Positions 37,328 through 43,852 of a DNA stretch of 43,852 nt are shown here, piece by piece. The DNA comes from Catajapyx aquilonaris. Its lineage: Eukaryota. The position numbers and the translations under genes were made by a program. Within the stretch, counting starts at the first letter, position 1; every line of letters begins with the position of its first letter. The DNA lies in NCBI GenBank assembly GCA_000934665.2, contig JYFJ02003327.1, positions 1 through 43,852 on the forward strand, given 5' to 3'. The notes below the pieces were generated by a model. It saw only the letters and a program-made list of their open reading frames with translations, was not told the DNA's origin and searched no databases.

Positions 37328-38678
37328 CACTCTTAGTCCGGTCACCTTTACTAAAGGTGACAAAACAGCCTGTTTTGTCACCTTTATTTTAGAAGGGAAT
37401 ATGTCCCCTTTAAAATAAAAGGTACCGTTGTACCCTCTAAAGTTTTAGTCAGGTCACCTTTATTTAAAGGTGACAAAACAGCTTGTTTTGTCACCTTTAT
37501 TTTAGAAGGGAATATGTCCCCTTAAAAATAAAAGGTACCGTTGAATCCTGTAAAGTTTTAATCAGGTCACCTTTATGTACAATTGTACATGGGACAAAAT
37601 GGCCGGTTTTGGCCCCCTTTATTTTAGAAGGGTAATGGTATATGTATCCTTGGCTTGCCCGGAATCTTGCTCCAATTCAAACCCACCACAGCTGGTCACA
37701 ACAATGGGGCATTGGGGCGTGCAGAAGGTGCAACCCAGCAAGAAGAACACAACGGGAAGCCTGCAAAAAACATACCAGGCTTGGAAGCATGGTCGAAACG
37801 ACTGAGAACAAGACACCAAACTGACCTGGACACTGCGGTGGCAATCCCCAGTCTGGCTAAGCTTGGCCCGTCTGCACGGCCCCTGCGTCACCAAGCTGAC
37901 CTCAAGCACTGGCAGTCAACTGCTGGTCACAACAGCCGCGCAACAGGTGCAACACAGCAAGGAGAACACAAAAGGAAGCCTGAAAAAAACATATCCGACT
38001 TGGAAGTATAGTCGAAACACTGGGGCCGTGCAGACGGGCCAAGCTTAGCCGCGGCTGGCCGCGACGGTTCACACCTAGCGGCCCCCTAGCAACGCCACGG
38101 CCAGGCCACGGGCCAACTTCCTGGAAGTTGACCAGGGCTGGGGCTGGGCGGCCAATCTTGGCCCGTCTGCACGGCCCCACTGAGAGCAAGACACCAAACT
38201 GACCTGGACACTGCGGTGGCAATCCCCAGTCGGGCCAGGCCCAGTGGGCCACTGTATGACCAACCTCACCTCAAGCACTGGCAGTCAACTGCTGGTCACA
38301 ACAGCCGCGCAACAGGTGCAACAACATTACAACAATGAGCAAAGCGATTCCAGCAGCAGCCGGCAGCGGCCATTTGCAAAATGTCACCAACAGTCACGTG
38401 ACCACTGACGTCACGAGTCTGCCAATTTTAGAGGTGATATTTCCCGTTTAAAGGGGACCACGGCAGCTCCCATCTCAGCACGTCACCTCTAAACCAGTGT
38501 CACCTTAAAATCCACCTGTCATTGTCCCCTATACATTGACGTCACCTTTATTGATGCGGAAATTACTTCCTCCTGTCACCTTTATTCAACGCATCCCTTA
38601 TAATTCCCACCTGCCGCATTACGGATCACCTTTAAAACAACTCTAAAGGGGATATTAAAGGTGACCGGAGTAAGAGTG
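37328..38678. mobile_element. CMC/EnSpm-like non-autonomous element
   Basis: ta|cactcttagtccggtcaccttta ... taaaggtgaccggagtaagagtg|ta; many subterminal gtcaccttta repeats and internal tandem duplications. Confidence 0.8.
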
Positions 38679-39195
38679 TACTTGAAAAGTGAAATGTCTT
38701 CTATAGCGAGTTCATCTGGCATGTCTACACCTTCTTCAGAAGAATGACCTTTGGATGCATTATATCACGGTCCAGAACAAAAGTTGACTAGAAATATTTC
38801 TGTCAGGTGATGACATCCCTTCATGCCATGGAATCACAGTTATTTCAAAACATTATTAATATTGTAGACTATTTTTCAATGGGAGTTGCAACACCACAAG
38901 CTCAGGGCCTCAGGCTCTTCTTTCTATCGATAGTGGTACGAGTACCCTCTGCACAAAGTCTTTCTGGCTGCCCATCTTTATTCTTCCTTTGCCTGACTCT
39001 CGCTGCCCCCTATCTAGCTGCCGTATTACCCCGCATAGAGCGGCATGCCAGTATGATACGGTGTCGACCAGCAGAGGGCCTTAGTACAGTACCACGGCGG
39101 AACCGGCCGGCTTGTAATAATAAGTAGGATAAGTTTGTTGATTTTCTGCCCTTTAACATTACCGACCTTCCCAATAAAGTAAATAGGCTAAAAAC

Positions 39196-39552
39196 GGGGG
39201 AGGTGTGGTGGCCGAAATGGTAACGTCACGGCTTGCTGAGTGAAAGGTCCCAGGTTCAATCCCCGCCTGGGAGCTCCCTTTCGCCTGCGTCAGGAGGGCC
39301 TCTGACCCGCATCTTGGAGGTGTCTGGCAACCTAACCTCCTGGGGAACAGCACATGACCCATTTATCGGTCGGTATCGCACTTGCACCTATACGTTCCCT
39401 CCCCAACAATCCCTATCCTTATACCCATTGTCCTTGATTTCCCTGCACCAGAGTCTGAAGAAAAAACAGAAAAATTATGGGAAAAATCAAATGGGGGTAA
39501 TCCACCTCCCTAAAAGGGTTCAGCCCCTTCTAATGGGGTACAATAAGAAAAC
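39196..39552 (+). mobile_element. tRNA-derived SINE family A
   Basis: Homologous to 2563-2928 and 31383-31727. Confidence 0.82.
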
Positions 39553-40499
39553 GTAAATAAAAACACTTTAAAATGTTTAAACTATTTTATGCGTATATCG
39601 ATATGAATATCTCCTTTTATTTTCCTCTGCAGTGGTTCACTTACCGAAACTTTATGGTACGTAGGCTATGTTATACTTCATATATCTTATCTCTGCTGCA
39701 TTATCACGTGGAATCGTCATGTTCTTGGTGTGCAGCCCAAGAAGAAGAATGTAGCCGGAGATGATGTGATGTAACAGCGGAATGCGGATAATTAATAACG
39801 AGCGTGTAACCCACTGGGAGTTCATAATGGTGCATATATTCTTGGAAGTCTTTGAAGGGCAAGGTCGTGCAAAAATACCGGGACAGGTCGCTATCGGTCG
39901 TTGGAAAGGAGGCAGCAGGCAGGCACGCAAGGCTGTAGGTCAGGATAGACGTCGGTATGCCCCACGACACCCCTGCCGAATCCTTGAGCTATGATGAGAG
40001 TGAACAAAAAGAGTGGCTGGCCCGCCACCACACCCTGGAGGTATTCTTCCTTCCTGCCTGCCTATAGGTAGACGGCACGCGCGGCGCCGTGGACGGCGCC
40101 GTCCTATTCTGGCACAGAAACCCAGCTCCACATCGGCCAAATTCCGCGCGAGATTTACAACTATTTATTCCTCCTCCTTCAATCCCTCCTTGTTTACCAC
40201 CCCAGCTAGCCCCCCCACGGCCGGCGAGCGATGAATCAGCGGACCGACCGACCGACCAATTCCCGCTATGGAGGCTCGCAAGAATCCATGACAAGCGCCC
40301 GGGCGCAAAATATAGACCCTGGAGTCCCCACCGCCACCACCCCTTTATTCAATCTTGGCAAGTACCCCTGTACCCACAGCCCGCCCACCCACCCACTGCC
40401 AATTTGAATGTCGACTGTACTGATGGCCGAGCAGTACCGGAGACAAGAGGGGCAAAGACACGGCGGCGTTGCGTAGGCGCCGGCGCCACCACCCTCGCC

Positions 40500-40573
40500 T
40501 ATAAAGGGCCAGGAAGGAAGGACACGGCGACACACAACCACATTGGGCCAGTTGGTAGCAGACGGGAGCACAG
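40500..40573 (+). promoter_or_regulatory. TATA box and short non-coding first exon of the MATH gene
   Basis: TATAAA 40500-40505 in GC-rich DNA; donor cag|gtagg 40574; 56-nt intron ending ttctgtttgcag 40629, 2 nt before ATG. Confidence 0.65.
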
Positions 40574-40631
40574 GTAGGCATCGTGTGTCGGTGCTACTGT
40601 GAGGTGTGGTGACCACTTTCTGTTTGCAGAC

Positions 40632-41177
40632 ATGGCGCTGGTGGTGGCATCGGCAGTGAACCGAGTGGACGAGAGCAGTTTTCTGGACAGCGACAGCACA
40701 TGTGCCCGCGTGGCTGCGCAGGCCATCCCGTTGACCCCTGCACTGCAAGCCGTACCTTTCACCTACCGCTGGAACGTCCACCGCTTCTCTGGGTTCTGCA
40801 CCGGCGAGCTAGGGGAGCAGGTCAGCTCTCCGCCTTTCTCCTCCGGATGGTTGGGTCCCGAAGAACGCTGGGTGGTGCACCTGTACCCCAACGGCTGCCG
40901 GGAGGACCGCAAGAAGCACATTGGGCTCTTCGTCTTTCTGCTGCAATCAGGGGTACCCCGCATCAGGGCATCGGTGCGATTGGCCCTGGCTCGCCCCGAC
41001 GGCAGCCTGATGACCAGGCCGGCTCAGGGTCAGATGTGTGAGTTCAGACCCGGGAGGGCCGGGTCCGGACTGGCCGACTTTATTCTGCAGTCGGATGTGG
41101 ACGAGTATTTGCGAGACGATGTCCTCACCGTGGTCTGCCGCCTCAAACTCTTCCTGGAGGAGGAAGAGGAGCACTAG
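40632..41177 (+). CDS. MATH (TRAF-like) domain protein, SPOP/roadkill-like, no BTB domain, 181 aa
   Basis: FTYRWNVHRFSGFCTGELGEQVSSPPFSSG...WVVHLYPNG...HIGLFVFL...LRDDVLTVVCRL aligns by eye with the SPOP MATH domain; stop follows the domain; AATAAA at 41253-41258. Confidence 0.88.
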   Translation: MALVVASAVNRVDESSFLDSDSTCARVAAQAIPLTPALQAVPFTYRWNVHRFSGFCTGELGEQVSSPPFSSGWLGPEERWVVHLYPNGCREDRKKHIGLFVFLLQSGVPRIRASVRLALARPDGSLMTRPAQGQMCEFRPGRAGSGLADFILQSDVDEYLRDDVLTVVCRLKLFLEEEEEH

Positions 41178-43852
41178 GCACATACCGGGTGACGACGACT
41201 CAAAAAGCATACATTAATCCAATGTAATTTAACCCCCATTTATTCTGGTACCAATAAAGACAATGTTTGAATAGATGTCGAGGGTTTTCTTCCGTGTGCT
41301 AGTCATGTCGGGGGCGATTTGCCAGGGGTCAGTTCCGCTCTGGTGCCAAGGGCGCGATGGCCCTCCCTTCTCATTAATTTCTTCTCTCGATCCTGGGTGC
41401 AGGCCAAATTATTCCACACACGCATTGTACATTCTCCCATGCTCCTGTGTTGACAAAACTAAGCCAATCCGGAACATAGCCAGGAAATGCAATCTTGGCC
41501 ACCAACAACATACTATACCATAGTGGCTGGCTGGCCTTCTCTTTATTCAAGTTGCAAGCCAGTCCACCAGCTCGCTAGCGATATAGGAATCTCTGACCAT
41601 AGCGGAACCAGCGATAGTCAGGAGTCATCCTATTTGCTCCATCGGTCAATCAACAGGTGTGATGAGGCCGTTGAGGTATTGGATAATCCACAATGCTCCT
41701 AATAAAACGAAACTGTTGGATTTTAAAAACTGAAATTCATTTATGAATGTCTTTGAGACAAAAATAATGATATTACAAAAATTCTGTATATAAGGTACAG
41801 TACGTCGTGATGTCACTGAAGGTTCCGAAAATCTTTGTTAATATTATTTTTTGAAGCAGATTTTGTGCTAATGAACATTGTTTACTTGACACACCTTCTG
41901 ATTATATTCTTTAGTATTCGCATGAAAGTTATACACTGAAATCATGAAAACCTGAAACGATGAGTCACACTCCGAAATATTTGTGTAGGACTTGTGTAAT
42001 AAGAGTTCGATACTTGACTCCTGTTCAGCACTTGCTTCTGATCAAGTGTTATGATAGACTAAGATAGATCAATTATTATACCCTCCTTTATAGTAACGTT
42101 TGAAGGAAATTTATCTCGCGTAAGGGAGAGTAGACCCTCACATTTAAAAATAATTTCAACGTCACTCTGAACATTTTCAAGTTCAGATCTTCACGTGCTT
42201 TGTAGTACCGTACGTATTATTCCATTCCACCTGTTCTACTGCATTTGCTATTATTTTAGTACATTTGTCCTTACGTGGTGTCAAGGTATAGTATTTTGAG
42301 ATTAAGTACAGCATAACTCAAACTGTAGCCAGAATAATCGTAAGACATATTAATTCACTCTAAATGTGTTCCCAAACACTCGAAGTAAGTTTCTTTGCAT
42401 ATCTGTATTAACACTGAACTAATAAATCTTTTCGAGGCCACTCTCAGTGCTACTTCGACACACACACATTTGTTATGTCCTGAACGCAAGATTGTCCTCA
42501 AAACAAAACCGCGACAACAAAACGTACGAGTGTGCAGACTAATGATTCAAAATGCGGGTACAAACCACAACAGCTACTAATATGTATCCAAGGTGCGGCA
42601 TTGTAGGTGACCTATTTTATAAATATTTTTCGTCACTTGCTTCCTGGTGCACTCATTCGCATTTTTGCCCATCAGCGACTCCTTTCTCAGAAAGCGAAAA
42701 TAAAAAGAAGCAAGTAGAAAAAAGCGGCGCAGATTATAAATACTTTCCAAAACAAAACGTAGCCGGTTAGTAGGGCAACAGGAAAGATAAAATTTGCCGT
42801 TGACAAGCAAAAAGCATTAAGTGGTTCTAAAAACGGTATAAGGCGGCACGATGTTTTTCATTTAATGGTAACTTATATATTTTCGATTCAAGTGAGAATG
42901 GGGTCAAAATTGCCGACTGACCCACTCTTTTCCGAAACAGAGATGCAATTTAGACCGAATTACGAGGGCGTAAACCGGTTGAATAGCACTTATATTATAC
43001 GGTAGTGGTAATATCCTTATAGCCAAACTCGTGGAGAGAGTGGTCTGCCCAGTCGATCGGGTTTATTTACAAACACAAGCACAACAACATGGAAGGTAGA
43101 GGACGTTTACCGACGTGGAGCCAAGGAGGTGGGAGTGGGGTGGAAGGGGTGTTGTATAGGGATGCCGATGGATCTGAGTAACCAAGCAGGCAACTGGGGA
43201 CTATCCAGCCAAGATGCATGGACATGAGCCAATGGGGCATGAAGGACGTGCCGCATGCTTGCCCAAATTCACTCATTAGCCACGTTCTTCTCACAGGTCT
43301 TACATGTATTACATGTTACATGTGTGTGGTGCCAGGTGAATAAGCCGGTTCAACCTGGATTAAGAGTGAGATACTCGTGTGTTTAGGGCATTTTGTTTTG
43401 TAGGAGATGAAAGTTTTGATTCAGGAACAGCATTCAGCACAGCATACAGGTATCCCCGAAGCTACAAATGGTCAACGTGATAAAAAAAAAGTATGGATCT
43501 GTATCATAATAATATTCGCCAATAAGCAATTCAGCAACAATACTATGAATGCTGCTGTCACGTCGGTTAAAAGAAATTCTTGAAGATTATGTATTACGCC
43601 TTATTTATTTTAGCCGTAAAATACGCGATATCGTAAAATACCATATTTGTTGAGAGATATGATAATGGTTTATAACTTTATATTATTACGGCACTATACA
43701 ACGCGCAGAAGTGACACAAAAATGCTTCAATGCAGACCTACAACTTACCACAAAGTGGCACAATATACGTACAAAGTACCGAAGCAGTTTGGTGGAGTGG
43801 ATAAGGTGTTCGACTGCTAATCGGGAGGTTCTAGTCCCGGGGCCGGCAATCC

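Noticed and set aside
37328..37630. CRISPR-like regular repeats (also 18134-18252 and 26430-26935)
   Set aside because: Spacers are not unique, no cas genes, eukaryotic context; these are transposon subterminal or tandem repeats.
40599..40631. GTG start given for the MATH ORF
   Set aside because: Lies inside the predicted 5' UTR intron; ATG 40632 follows the acceptor in good context.
43785..43852. tRNA- or SINE-head-like sequence at the window end
   Set aside because: Truncated and degenerate; cannot be supported.

Overview
Repeat-rich animal (probably invertebrate) genomic DNA; no prokaryotic features. It holds an intact 5-coding-exon NACA gene (nascent polypeptide-associated complex alpha, 231 aa, + strand, 4293-15122) with candidate intronic C/D-box snoRNAs and a tRNA-like cloverleaf. 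About 15-20 kb downstream is a tandem paralog (24629-29638, about 150 aa) that has lost the two exons carrying most of the NAC domain. Its N-terminal exon, last exon and 3' UTR are nearly identical to NACA, but its in-frame UBA exon is deeply diverged (about 57% nt) between introns that are about 90-94% identical. Near the end is a MATH-only, BTB-less SPOP-like gene (40632-41177). The rest is nested mobile DNA: a Tc1 relic, hAT/Kolobok/piggyBac/EnSpm-like non-autonomous elements, tRNA-derived SINEs and a LINE relic. All coordinates and identities come from manual reading.
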